From Candidatus Zixiibacteriota bacterium (GTDB lineage Bacteria > Zixibacteria > MSB-5A5 > GN15 > FEB-12), in contig JBFLZR010000001.1 in NCBI GenBank assembly GCA_040756055.1, positions 63,849-127,848 on the forward strand: a stretch of DNA of 64,000 bases. The letters run 5' to 3'. The notes below the pieces were generated by a model. The model had not been told where the DNA came from, did not search any database, and saw only the letters and a list, made by a program, of their open reading frames with translations. Numbering within the stretch: the stretch's first letter is position 1; each line of letters starts with the position of its first letter. The position numbers and the translations under genes were made by a program. Shown piece after piece: positions 27,457 through 36,941 of the stretch.

Positions 27457-29082
27457 ATGAATCACGTAACAATATACGCAAGAAAATCTACTGAATCAGA
27501 AGATAAGCAAGTAATGTCAATCGAATCCCAGGTCAAGGAATTGAAAGCACATGCCAAGCGGATGAATTGGATCGTAGATAGAGTGCTGACGGAAAGCAAG
27601 TCAGCTAAAGCTCCAGGCAGACCTGTATTCAATCAACTCTATGAATACATGGAGCAAAACAAGCTGAATGAATTGCTCTGCTGGAAGCTGGACAGGTTGG
27701 CGCGTAATCCTGTTGACGGTGGTGCTCTCATCTGGGCAATGGAGGAAAATAAGCTCACCCATATTCATACACCGCAACGGTCATTCTTCAATTCCGGGAA
27801 TGACAAGTTTTGGCTACAGCTGGAATTTGGCATGGCAAAAAAATACATTGATGACCTGAGTGATAATGTGAAGCGTGGTCTTAAGGCGAAATTAGAGAAG
27901 GGATGGTATCCTACACAGGCACCGCTTGGATACAAAAACAAGCTTGAGGATCATACAATTATCCCCGACCCTAAACGATTCAATATTATTCGCAAAATGT
28001 GGGATTTGATATTGACGGGAGGATACACCGTACCGCAGGTATTGGACATCGGAAATAACAAATTTGGCTTGCGCTCCCGAATGTATAGGTCGGGTGGCGG
28101 CAACCCAATTAGTCGTTCAACCATTTACTACATATTTTCAAATCCATTCTACTATGGAATGTTTGAATACCACGGGAAACTATATACAGGCAACCATAAG
28201 CCTATGGTTACCAAAAAAGAATTCGACAAGGTACAAAGTATTATTCACGCACCGATAACAACAAGACCAAAGCAATACACATTTCAATATACTGGACTAA
28301 TGCGATGCGGTGAATGTGGTGCCTCGGTGACTGCCGAACATAAAACGAATCGCTTTGGAAGCAAATATGTCTATTACCATTGCACAAAGCGAAAAACAAC
28401 GTGTTCACAAAAATATATCCAAGAGGAGCAACTGAATGACCAGTTTGAGTCCTTCATGAATCTAATCACATATGACCAATTCCTTCTGGAATTCATGCTT
28501 AAGATTAGTGAATCGCAACAAGACCCTCAGGAGGAAGATAACAAAATGGAAATAGCTTCTCTAAAAAAGAGAATTGCCCACAATGAAAAAAACACGTCGG
28601 AATTGCTAACAATCAAGCTGAGAGGTCTTTTGAATGATGCTGACTTTTTATCAAAAAAACAAGAATTGGAAAAGGAACGAGAGCTTCTGGGTCGCAGGAT
28701 CAAAAATGCTATAGAAGGCTACGACAAAGCAAAAAACGAAACAATAGATACTTTTAGATTCATGACAATGTTGAGAAAGACATTCACAACAGGGACAATT
28801 GAAGAGAAAAAAGGAGTCGTCCGTGACATCGGTTCGAACCTTATCTTATTGGACAAAAAACTGCTAATAGAAGCCAAAGAACCGTACGATATAATTTTCA
28901 ATCACATAGAATCCATTAAACCCTATAATATCCGGTTCGAACCCCTAATTCATGGCTTACCTAACGGAAAAAACCCCGCTTTAAACGAGGCTATTTCCAA
29001 GACTCGGGGATTAGTGGACGAAGTTCGCACCTTTTATCTCAATTCAGACAGTTGTCCACAAAGTGGTGGTAGTTCCGGATAG
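27457..29082 (+). CDS. Large serine recombinase
   Basis: 541 aa. N-terminal resolvase domain (IYARKSTESEDKQVMSIESQ, DRLARN), recombinase domain, Zn-ribbon CGECGASV...YYHCTKRK, and a coiled-coil tail. Confidence 0.9.
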   Translation: MNHVTIYARKSTESEDKQVMSIESQVKELKAHAKRMNWIVDRVLTESKSAKAPGRPVFNQLYEYMEQNKLNELLCWKLDRLARNPVDGGALIWAMEENKLTHIHTPQRSFFNSGNDKFWLQLEFGMAKKYIDDLSDNVKRGLKAKLEKGWYPTQAPLGYKNKLEDHTIIPDPKRFNIIRKMWDLILTGGYTVPQVLDIGNNKFGLRSRMYRSGGGNPISRSTIYYIFSNPFYYGMFEYHGKLYTGNHKPMVTKKEFDKVQSIIHAPITTRPKQYTFQYTGLMRCGECGASVTAEHKTNRFGSKYVYYHCTKRKTTCSQKYIQEEQLNDQFESFMNLITYDQFLLEFMLKISESQQDPQEEDNKMEIASLKKRIAHNEKNTSELLTIKLRGLLNDADFLSKKQELEKERELLGRRIKNAIEGYDKAKNETIDTFRFMTMLRKTFTTGTIEEKKGVVRDIGSNLILLDKKLLIEAKEPYDIIFNHIESIKPYNIRFEPLIHGLPNGKNPALNEAISKTRGLVDEVRTFYLNSDSCPQSGGSSG

Positions 29083-29154
29083 ATTCGTCTCACATATACC
29101 TTACCTACGATGTAGTCTCATATTTTGAAGGTGATAAATCATCACAGTATAAGA

Positions 29155-29185
29155 AAACCGCCATTTCTGGCGGTTTCAAAAAAAG
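29155..29185. terminator. Bidirectional hairpin terminator between the convergent recombinase and ardC genes
   Basis: AAACCGCC/GGCGGTTT stem flanked by A-run and T-run. Confidence 0.65.
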
Positions 29186-29200
29186 GGTTTTGTTAATCCC

Positions 29201-29986
29201 CTATGCCAAAGCGTCGAGGATTTTCCCGGAAATATCCTTGATGCGCTGGATTGAGGCGATGAGCGTGTCTTTGTTGCCTTTGTAGAGCTGGATGTAGTCG
29301 CTGAAAGCGGAATTGGTATCAAGACCAATGGACTGACAGACCACATAGGCAACCGCTTCAGCCTCAGTCTCCTTCTGAGTCTTGGACAGCGGCTCACCGG
29401 TGTGATGGAGAAACTCATGAGCCAATTCGTGGACTTTCACACTGAAGTCTTGAGCCGGTGACAAACCGGAGCGGATAACGATTTTGCCGCCGCCGGAACG
29501 GCCGTCAGCCCGCAAGGTGTCCGAATACTCAAGAGTAATGCCGTTAGCGGAAATAAAATTAAACAGCTTTTCCTGATAACGGGCAGGATCACCTTGCACC
29601 CGGGCGAATTCAGGCAATTCGTTTCCGTCGGTTTGACTGATGTCAAAAACGTAAACGGCTTTGAATCCGTTAACTGGAGCGACATCGGAACGGTTATCAT
29701 TTTCTTCAACCGTTTCCTTTTTATAAACCAATGGCGCGATGATAACGATGCCGTTGGCGCCTTTTTTGACGAACCGGCCAAGCTTCTTCCAAGTGTGAAA
29801 TCCGGCGACATGAGTGGCCTCCGGCTTCTGCAGAGCGATGAGCAGAATATTTCCGAAGCTGTAGCGATGGAATCGACTCATCGTCTGAAGATACTTCTTC
29901 AGCTCATCACTCTGACCGGCTTCGAGAGACTCGGTCAATGAAGTGAGAGCGTTTTCAATCATTTCTTTTGCTTTGTTGTTTTTCAT
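29201..29986 (-). CDS. ardC: ArdC-like antirestriction protein (ssDNA-binding N-domain plus metalloprotease-like HExxH)
   Basis: 261 aa. FHRYSFGNILLIALQ...AGFHTWKKLGRFVKKG is the DUF1738-type N-terminus. VHELAHEFLHH in the C-terminal half. Confidence 0.75.
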   Translation of the reverse strand: MKNNKAKEMIENALTSLTESLEAGQSDELKKYLQTMSRFHRYSFGNILLIALQKPEATHVAGFHTWKKLGRFVKKGANGIVIIAPLVYKKETVEENDNRSDVAPVNGFKAVYVFDISQTDGNELPEFARVQGDPARYQEKLFNFISANGITLEYSDTLRADGRSGGGKIVIRSGLSPAQDFSVKVHELAHEFLHHTGEPLSKTQKETEAEAVAYVVCQSIGLDTNSAFSDYIQLYKGNKDTLIASIQRIKDISGKILDALA

Positions 29987-30228
29987 AATGGTTCTCCTTC
30001 GTTAAGCGGGTTTTTGGTTCCTTCACCCACCGGCAAAGAGGAACCCAAAAAGCCGTGAGAAGGAGAACTTCCCCACGGAAACAACTAAGCGAATATGAAA
30101 TTACGCGAGATTATTGAACGCCCTGAATGCGGTCAGAGTGAAGACGTTGGCAACGAACGCAAGAAGCCTCTTTTATGGTAGCTAAGCTAAGAATGCAACC
30201 ACAGAAGAATAGGAGCGTAAAAAGCACA

Positions 30229-33219
30229 CTACAAATTCTTAGCTTTATCGGAAAGCTGATATTTTCTCTTCCTATTACTAAACGCGGTCTCCCCACCCTC
30301 TAGAATATCACACACCTGCTCAATAATACCATCCTCCAGATCTTCAACAGGAATATCAGGAAGTTTTTCCGCCTGATTCTCCAGTGAACCCGAAGTGTAG
30401 CGAAGTCGTGGAGTCTCTTTGCCTCTGTATTCGGCAATGATCACCTGCTCTGAATCAGTATTAACTACTAAGTTGGGATTATGCGTAACCATAATGATCT
30501 GCCGGTATATCTTCCTGTCTCTGAAATACTGAATCAAATCATTACACACTGACAAGCTGTCCAGATTCTCCTCTGGTTGATCTATTATCAGCGGTCTGGT
30601 ATCTTCTTTGTCAATGGCAAGATATAGCATCAGCAGAACGATTCCTTTTTGACCCGGAGACAATAGATACAACTCCACATCGTCAAATTTAAGTGATGAT
30701 TCAACGCTGAACACCGTTGGGTCATAGAGCCAATTGTAAAACTCCTCAATCGACATATTCTCCCTCAGCTGTTCTTCAATCGAAAGGTCATCGCCGTCCA
30801 TCTTCTTGAAAGAATCCTCGATATCAGTCAGTCTTTCAACAAGGGCACTATCTGTTGATCCTTGTTTAGTGCAATTATCCCAGGAAGTTTCAAGCTTTGT
30901 TCGTAAAGCAGGCAGGTCTCTATAATTCCCCTTACGTGTCCTATCAATAATATCTAATCCTGTCCTGTTATGCGTCGATAAGTCGTACCGTACTGTGGCC
31001 TCAAAAACGAGTTGCCTTTTTGTAGTAGAACCATGGGAGAGCGAGTCTTGTAATGGTTTATATAGTTGCTCAATCTTCTTCTTCTCGCGAGACAACACGT
31101 TGAAGAACGACTTGTAATGTGTCTGCCTTTCCGTTTCGAGAATAGACTTTCTTGGAATCTGCTCTTTTGTGATCGCCTCAATTTCCAACTCCAGAGATTT
31201 GATACTGGCGTTGCTGGTTTGTATTAACTTCTTTTGCCGCTGGTATTTCAACTTGAGGGTCTCAAATGCTTTCGTCTCTTTAGCCTTTTTTTCAATAGCA
31301 GTGCTTAGCTCTTCTAGATTCTTTGCCAGCAAATTATCTTCCACAATACCAACTAGAGAAGCCACATCTTTCTTCGCACCTTGACGTATTGTTTCTATCT
31401 CGCCATTGAGAGCTTTTCGCCTTTCATCTATAACTCCTGCAACACCTCTAGCGTCAAGCGTTACGTCAAATTCTTTTGACCTCGGCATACCTGCTGATGC
31501 CAATAGAGTCTTGATCTCTTCCTTAAACTCGTCTATAGCAAACTGAAATACAGCTACCCTAGACTCAACCTCGGATACATTTACCAATAGTTGTTGCTTT
31601 TCAGCAATAATATCTTCAATCAGAGACTTTTGCTCCTCGAGGTCCGATAACTGGTCCTGAGCCTCCTTGTCTTCATCTGGAAGCGTCGGAAGAGTTTTTA
31701 GTAGTTGCTCCAATTCTGTCTTCTTCTTATCGAGCAGTTTTTGCTTAGTCGATTGATTCTTAACGAGGTTAGTGATTTGAGCAATGTCTTTATTGATATC
31801 TCGTATTTTCGTGACTAACCGATCTTTCTCAAGAGCAAATTGTCTCAGTGATTTCTTCTGTAGCTCAGCAAACCCGGACGCACCAAGCTTGTCCCCAGGT
31901 TCCAAGGACTGAAAAATGACATTTTCGATCTGATCCTGTAGTTCACCAACATGTTGTGGTGAGCACAATTCTTCGACGGCTCCCTGGGGTAAATAACGAA
32001 CCAGTCCTCTATCGGAGTCGAGCTTACCAACTTGAAATTCAGTAACTGATTTATCAGCCCATTCCAGTTCAATGGAAGTTCCGGTTATTGATTCCTTGTG
32101 TTTTGCAGCTTTGTTTAGAAATGCTTCTGCGCGGTTGTCCTTACTGCCAGCACCATATGCAATTGCCTCTGCCAAAGCTGACTTCCCTGAGCCACGCCCA
32201 CCAATTATGGTCACCAAGTCCCTATTGAGATCAATTGAATAGTCTTCATCAAACCAATTGCTAGATGTTTTGACTATAATCCTCTTGATGACTTTATGGT
32301 CAGGTTTATAGTTCGGGGGTGTGTTGCCAACAAAAACTCTCGCTATTGGTTCGTTAAGTACTTGCTTCAGGCCGGTGAACGTCGGATCGGCTTTTATCCA
32401 CTGAAGTGTCTTACCAACGCGATCTATATTATGGGAGTCGGAGGCATGCAGGACTAACGAATTGAGACTATTGGAACGCAGGTCATCACGATGTTCTTCT
32501 ATTTTTTCGGGATCGTCCACGCAAGTCATGCTGAAGTGGCTTTTGTTTATCAGATTCCGCTTCTCAGCCGCTGATTGGTCCCATCTTGACTGGTCCCACT
32601 CAGAATAGCCCACGCCAAGAACGTATTTACCAGTGAAACAGGATTTCTCTAACAGCTTAAGTATATCATCAAGCTTATACGTGATATTCTGGAATCCAAC
32701 CTGAAGGTCGCTTTTTTGGTGGATGGTGTTGCCCACCGGCGCATTCGCTTTCATCTGTCTTCCCAGATCCTCGAGTGATCTACGTGTCGGTGTTTGCCGC
32801 CATTCAGTATTGTCATCAAGCTTATATCCACTAGAGAGGCAATTGAGGAGTTGATCCTTTATATCATTGACTTCAACAAATGGGCTGAAGAGAATGTGAA
32901 AGTTATGCCGCTGATGGCTGTTGGCGGAGCCACTGAAAGTATTTAGTCTAAACTCGATATTGGGAATTAGCAGCTTTATGTTTGGAATCTCATCGCGGCG
33001 CGTAAGTAAATGTTCGTACCCGTCGACAAAAAGATAGTCAGTAATACCCAAAACTTGAACTTCGGGAGGAAGAGAGGCAATCTTGTTAATGAATGCATCC
33101 CACACACTTGTCGTGTCACCTCCATAGTCCTGACAGATTGACTTCGGAGTATGCAGATGCAAATCCCACTTGCGCCATTCAGAGCCTCTTGAAAATGTAA
33201 ATTGGTGATCATTACTCAT
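30229..33219 (-). CDS. PHP-domain phosphoesterase fused to an ABC/SMC-like coiled-coil ATPase
   Basis: 996 aa. PHP start WDLHLHTPKS, later LHASDSHN. Walker A GGRGSGKS, long coiled-coil, signature LSPGQKG, Walker B LIIDQPEENLD, H-loop MVTHNP. GAGGAGGGG RBS. Confidence 0.85.
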   Translation of the reverse strand: MSNDHQFTFSRGSEWRKWDLHLHTPKSICQDYGGDTTSVWDAFINKIASLPPEVQVLGITDYLFVDGYEHLLTRRDEIPNIKLLIPNIEFRLNTFSGSANSHQRHNFHILFSPFVEVNDIKDQLLNCLSSGYKLDDNTEWRQTPTRRSLEDLGRQMKANAPVGNTIHQKSDLQVGFQNITYKLDDILKLLEKSCFTGKYVLGVGYSEWDQSRWDQSAAEKRNLINKSHFSMTCVDDPEKIEEHRDDLRSNSLNSLVLHASDSHNIDRVGKTLQWIKADPTFTGLKQVLNEPIARVFVGNTPPNYKPDHKVIKRIIVKTSSNWFDEDYSIDLNRDLVTIIGGRGSGKSALAEAIAYGAGSKDNRAEAFLNKAAKHKESITGTSIELEWADKSVTEFQVGKLDSDRGLVRYLPQGAVEELCSPQHVGELQDQIENVIFQSLEPGDKLGASGFAELQKKSLRQFALEKDRLVTKIRDINKDIAQITNLVKNQSTKQKLLDKKKTELEQLLKTLPTLPDEDKEAQDQLSDLEEQKSLIEDIIAEKQQLLVNVSEVESRVAVFQFAIDEFKEEIKTLLASAGMPRSKEFDVTLDARGVAGVIDERRKALNGEIETIRQGAKKDVASLVGIVEDNLLAKNLEELSTAIEKKAKETKAFETLKLKYQRQKKLIQTSNASIKSLELEIEAITKEQIPRKSILETERQTHYKSFFNVLSREKKKIEQLYKPLQDSLSHGSTTKRQLVFEATVRYDLSTHNRTGLDIIDRTRKGNYRDLPALRTKLETSWDNCTKQGSTDSALVERLTDIEDSFKKMDGDDLSIEEQLRENMSIEEFYNWLYDPTVFSVESSLKFDDVELYLLSPGQKGIVLLMLYLAIDKEDTRPLIIDQPEENLDSLSVCNDLIQYFRDRKIYRQIIMVTHNPNLVVNTDSEQVIIAEYRGKETPRLRYTSGSLENQAEKLPDIPVEDLEDGIIEQVCDILEGGETAFSNRKRKYQLSDKAKNL

Positions 33220-33246
33220 AGTGATACTTAACCCCTCCTCTTAATA

Positions 33247-33453
33247 TTACTCAATTTCCTCCGCAGAGCGACGCCAACCGGCTTTTATCATATCCGCCAA
33301 CACAATATAGGATACGTAAGGTTTATTATGGCGGAGAGTCGCACAGTATTTGTAGTCCTGAACGAACTGGTCGAAGTCATCCCACGACGATTGCGGTAGT
33401 GTGTTTCGCGCTTCAATTTCCTTCATGGATTTCTTATCGTATTCGTCGGCCAT
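33247..33453 (-). CDS. Small protein (68 aa) embedded in the operon
   Basis: ATG at 33453 lies 1 nt after the methyltransferase stop, with GGAGG inside the MTase 3' end. MADEYDKKSMKEIEARN... The ORF-track start (33486) is probably too long. Confidence 0.55.
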   Translation of the reverse strand: MADEYDKKSMKEIEARNTLPQSSWDDFDQFVQDYKYCATLRHNKPYVSYIVLADMIKAGWRRSAEEIE

Positions 33454-33454
33454 A

Positions 33455-36400
33455 CTATTCCTCCAATGACCTGCTGATGAGGGCAATCTCCTCCGGACTT
33501 ATCGAATATATTTCGTAAATAATGCCGTCCACAGCTTGCGATAGTTCGTCCACCTCTGATTTGAGTGCGGGAACTTTAACAAAGGCAGGCTTACATGTGA
33601 TTTGCAGTATTTTATCGACGATCGACGCGATGTGTTTCTGTTGCTCTTTTGATGCTATTCTAAAGGGCAGTTTCTTGACCTTGCCGATCTTAATCTGAGG
33701 GAACACTCGACCAGACTCTTGAACGAGTTGATTGTATTTATATCTAACATAACTCGAATTGAATACCGCCAATGCATATTTAAGGTCAACCTCTCCTTTG
33801 TAAGCAGGTTTTATCCATGCGCACTGAATTGTATTACGAAACCATCTGCCTTTGGTATCAATAGTGGCTCTTAAATACGATGCCGTTTGCCGCCACAGAA
33901 GTTTATTATTCTCGGCAAAAGCTTCGCGAGAGAAACTCACCGACTCATCCGGCTTCAGAACTGCCTTATAATCAAGGTTAAAACACTCATTCGATTGGTC
34001 GGAAATCCAATATCTGTCTATAAGTTTCCCATACCAAGTATCAACCGCATTAGCGAAACGTCCGTTGCTGGATTTATCAAAAATCCTATCATACAAATCG
34101 TTGCCACCCTTGTTCTTTAACCCAATGCCTGATCTATGATATTGAATTCCTCCATCTTTAATCTCAAAAATATCCTCAAAATACTTCTCGTCTGTCTTGA
34201 GAACAACAGACGGATATAGGCTGTTATCTTTGCTGGTAATCGCATCCGGAAGCGGGATAGTGGAAAACGACAAGTTGCTAAGCGCAGACACTTCCGTAAC
34301 CCTGTATTTTAGATCTGCAAAATAATACTGCCCTGTCTCTGATGGCGTCCTACCTGCAATTGTGACACAGACAGGAACAACTACTTCCGGAAATACTCCC
34401 ATGCCCAAATTGAGTATCTTCAGAATGCCATGCGATAGTAAGAAATTTCTTAGGTCGCGATGTCGAGGCTGGCTTAGATAGGTGTTAGGAGTTATGTAAA
34501 CTAGGTGACCGTTTTGTCTCAAAATCTTGCTCAGACCTAGAGCGAAGAAGAGTTTGAAAATGTCTGCATAATGAGTTATGACACCCGGGTACCGGCTTCG
34601 ATAAGTGCCAACAAGGCTGTCAATATCCGCACCGTAAGGTGGATTCGCCATAACAACGTCAAATCCACCGCGCTCGCGAAATATCTCGGCATAGTTGAGC
34701 CTCCATAGAAAGAAAGGGCTGCTATTGGTTCGCTGAAACCTCTGGACTTCATCAAGCTTATCGCCCTTACCCTCTTGCCTTAATGTTGCCTCTATCAATT
34801 CCCATGTTAACGTTTCAATTTCTTTGTGCAAACGATCCTTTGCGCTCTTATTATGGGTATCAAAAAAACAGCTATGAAGCTCTAATAGCTTGCCAGCCTT
34901 AGATTGTGCTTCTGTCTGACCAAAAATATCAAACCGATCCTGATCATTGATCTCTGGCTGGTCTAATGCCTTGATTTGCTTATCAATCTTCTTGAGGTTC
35001 TTTTCTATCTCTGACTTCTTTGTCCTCGACAGCCTGTTATTACTATGAAGGTCAAAGTACTCTTGCTGAAATGCGGTCTGTTGATCTCTAAGTCTCTTCA
35101 GAAGCTGTTCCTTTTCCTCATGCTTCTCAAAAAACCGTTCATCAATAAGCTTAATTCCCTCATATTCTTCAAGTAGGCTGTTTCCCTGCATTATTTTGTA
35201 ATCCAAGTTAGGTAGGGGCTTAATGTGCTTGTAGTCTTCCTCGTCAACAATGAGCGAAAGCCACAGTCGAAGCTTTGCTATTTCTACGGCGCCCAAATCA
35301 ATGTCAACGCCATAGAGTGAGCCTTGAATTGCGTCTCGCTTGAAGTCATAGATATTTGGCTCTTCGCCCGGTTTATTCAAACGGGCCAAGACCGACCTCG
35401 TCTTGACGATCTCATTCATCATTCCCACCAAGAAAGCTCCGGATCCAACGGCTGGATCGCAGACCTTGATATCGGCGAGCTTATCATCGATTAGCTGATT
35501 ATACGCACGGATGGACTTAGGAAGTTTATACTTATATCGGCTAGTTTCTTCTCCTTGCTCCGATACGAGGGTATCGTTTTCGAGTGCTGCCTCGCCGTGC
35601 TTTATCAGTATCTCGATGTCCTCTCTCTTGACCCGCTCGTTCAGCTCTGTGGCGAGATGATTTATGAGGCTTTCCTGGCACATGTAGTGGACTATTTCGC
35701 GCGGAGTGTAATATGTGCCTTTTGACTTGCGGTCTTTGACCTCGAGCAGATTTTCAAAGACCTTACCAAGCATCTCCGGGTCAACAGCCACTTCTTTTTC
35801 GAGTGGTTCGTCTTCCTTTACCGTAAAGTTGTAGCGGTCGAATACATCCAAAATACCTGTACCGATGTCTCCGTGCTTGGTCTTCTTCTTATTGGAAAAA
35901 AGCTCTTCCGGCAACAGAATGTCAGTATGGACCCAATCGTAATTGTTTAGGGGATCAAACAATCCACCGTTCAGGAATGGAATCTTGCATTTGAAGGGAC
36001 TGTAATAATCACCATTCGCATTCCGGTCAACAGCCAGCACTTCATAAAACAATGGTTCGAGAATGTCATTGAAGAAATTATCATATTGGGACATTCTACC
36101 TTCAAATAGTAGCCTCAGGAAATTCTTGGGGCCGGTTCCCCAGGCTTCGTTGCGGGCGACTCCAAACCAACCTTTCTTCTGAAGGAAATACAGGAATACT
36201 ATCTGACCCAGGAGCTTCTTGGCGAAGTCAACAGTATCAACACCTTTCTCCTCAAAGTCTTGCTTGATAGTCTTATCCGTCTTGGCAAGTTTGTCCAGAG
36301 CTTCTTTGATCTCATGAAATAGCTGCCGGTATTGCTCAAAGAATTCTTTGGTAACCTTTTCAATGTTGAAGGCTTCCTGAATATCCGCAAAGGTAGGATT

Positions 36401-36940
36401 GCTGTCTGTCTCTTCGAGTGTAGGCAGTAATTTGCTTTGAGCTGTGTGGCTACCTTCGTGTTCACCTACAAGGAAAGAGTACCGTCTGGCCGGGGTAAAC
36501 TCCTCCACTACTTTCGGTGTCCCTTTCTTTGTCGTATCGAACTTGTATTCCATTTTGACAAAGGAGAAACGCCAGTCGCGCTCGTCAGGCGAAACGAAAG
36601 CTACAAGGGCACCGTCTTTCAGCTCATTGCCGCGGCTGCCCTTTAAGTACTTAGCCACAAAGTTTCTCTGCTTTGATCGTGCTCGCTCAAGTGAAGGGGC
36701 CTTGAGAAGGCTGACTATAAGAACGTCGAGTTTTTTGCCGTCAGAGTCTTCGTACTTCCCTATTCGCTCAAGGGACTTGACGGAGTCACGATAGTCTTTG
36801 AAGATATACTCGCCCCGGTAAATGAATGGAGCATCCTCAAGCCTATTCAGCAGATTCTTTATGAATAGCTTAAATTGGCCCTTATCAAAGGGCTTCTCTA
36901 AAGTGTCTCGTATGAGTTTTTTGGCTGCTTCGCGTTGCAT
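33455..36940 (-). CDS. Eco57I/PglX-like gamma-class N6-adenine DNA methyltransferase (1161 aa) with C-terminal specificity region
   Basis: GTYYTP, motif I VCDPAVGSGAFLVG preceding motif IV VMANPPYG. Long N- and C-terminal extensions. Possible PD-(D/E)xK-like string PDERDWRFSFVKMEYK near the N-terminus (weak). Confidence 0.85.
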   Translation of the reverse strand: MQREAAKKLIRDTLEKPFDKGQFKLFIKNLLNRLEDAPFIYRGEYIFKDYRDSVKSLERIGKYEDSDGKKLDVLIVSLLKAPSLERARSKQRNFVAKYLKGSRGNELKDGALVAFVSPDERDWRFSFVKMEYKFDTTKKGTPKVVEEFTPARRYSFLVGEHEGSHTAQSKLLPTLEETDSNPTFADIQEAFNIEKVTKEFFEQYRQLFHEIKEALDKLAKTDKTIKQDFEEKGVDTVDFAKKLLGQIVFLYFLQKKGWFGVARNEAWGTGPKNFLRLLFEGRMSQYDNFFNDILEPLFYEVLAVDRNANGDYYSPFKCKIPFLNGGLFDPLNNYDWVHTDILLPEELFSNKKKTKHGDIGTGILDVFDRYNFTVKEDEPLEKEVAVDPEMLGKVFENLLEVKDRKSKGTYYTPREIVHYMCQESLINHLATELNERVKREDIEILIKHGEAALENDTLVSEQGEETSRYKYKLPKSIRAYNQLIDDKLADIKVCDPAVGSGAFLVGMMNEIVKTRSVLARLNKPGEEPNIYDFKRDAIQGSLYGVDIDLGAVEIAKLRLWLSLIVDEEDYKHIKPLPNLDYKIMQGNSLLEEYEGIKLIDERFFEKHEEKEQLLKRLRDQQTAFQQEYFDLHSNNRLSRTKKSEIEKNLKKIDKQIKALDQPEINDQDRFDIFGQTEAQSKAGKLLELHSCFFDTHNKSAKDRLHKEIETLTWELIEATLRQEGKGDKLDEVQRFQRTNSSPFFLWRLNYAEIFRERGGFDVVMANPPYGADIDSLVGTYRSRYPGVITHYADIFKLFFALGLSKILRQNGHLVYITPNTYLSQPRHRDLRNFLLSHGILKILNLGMGVFPEVVVPVCVTIAGRTPSETGQYYFADLKYRVTEVSALSNLSFSTIPLPDAITSKDNSLYPSVVLKTDEKYFEDIFEIKDGGIQYHRSGIGLKNKGGNDLYDRIFDKSSNGRFANAVDTWYGKLIDRYWISDQSNECFNLDYKAVLKPDESVSFSREAFAENNKLLWRQTASYLRATIDTKGRWFRNTIQCAWIKPAYKGEVDLKYALAVFNSSYVRYKYNQLVQESGRVFPQIKIGKVKKLPFRIASKEQQKHIASIVDKILQITCKPAFVKVPALKSEVDELSQAVDGIIYEIYSISPEEIALISRSLEE

Positions 36941-36941
36941 A

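Noticed and set aside
30111-30296. 61-aa minus-strand ORF overlapping the end of the PHP-ATPase gene
   Set aside because: It overlaps the 3' end of a well-supported 996-aa gene in another frame and has no RBS.
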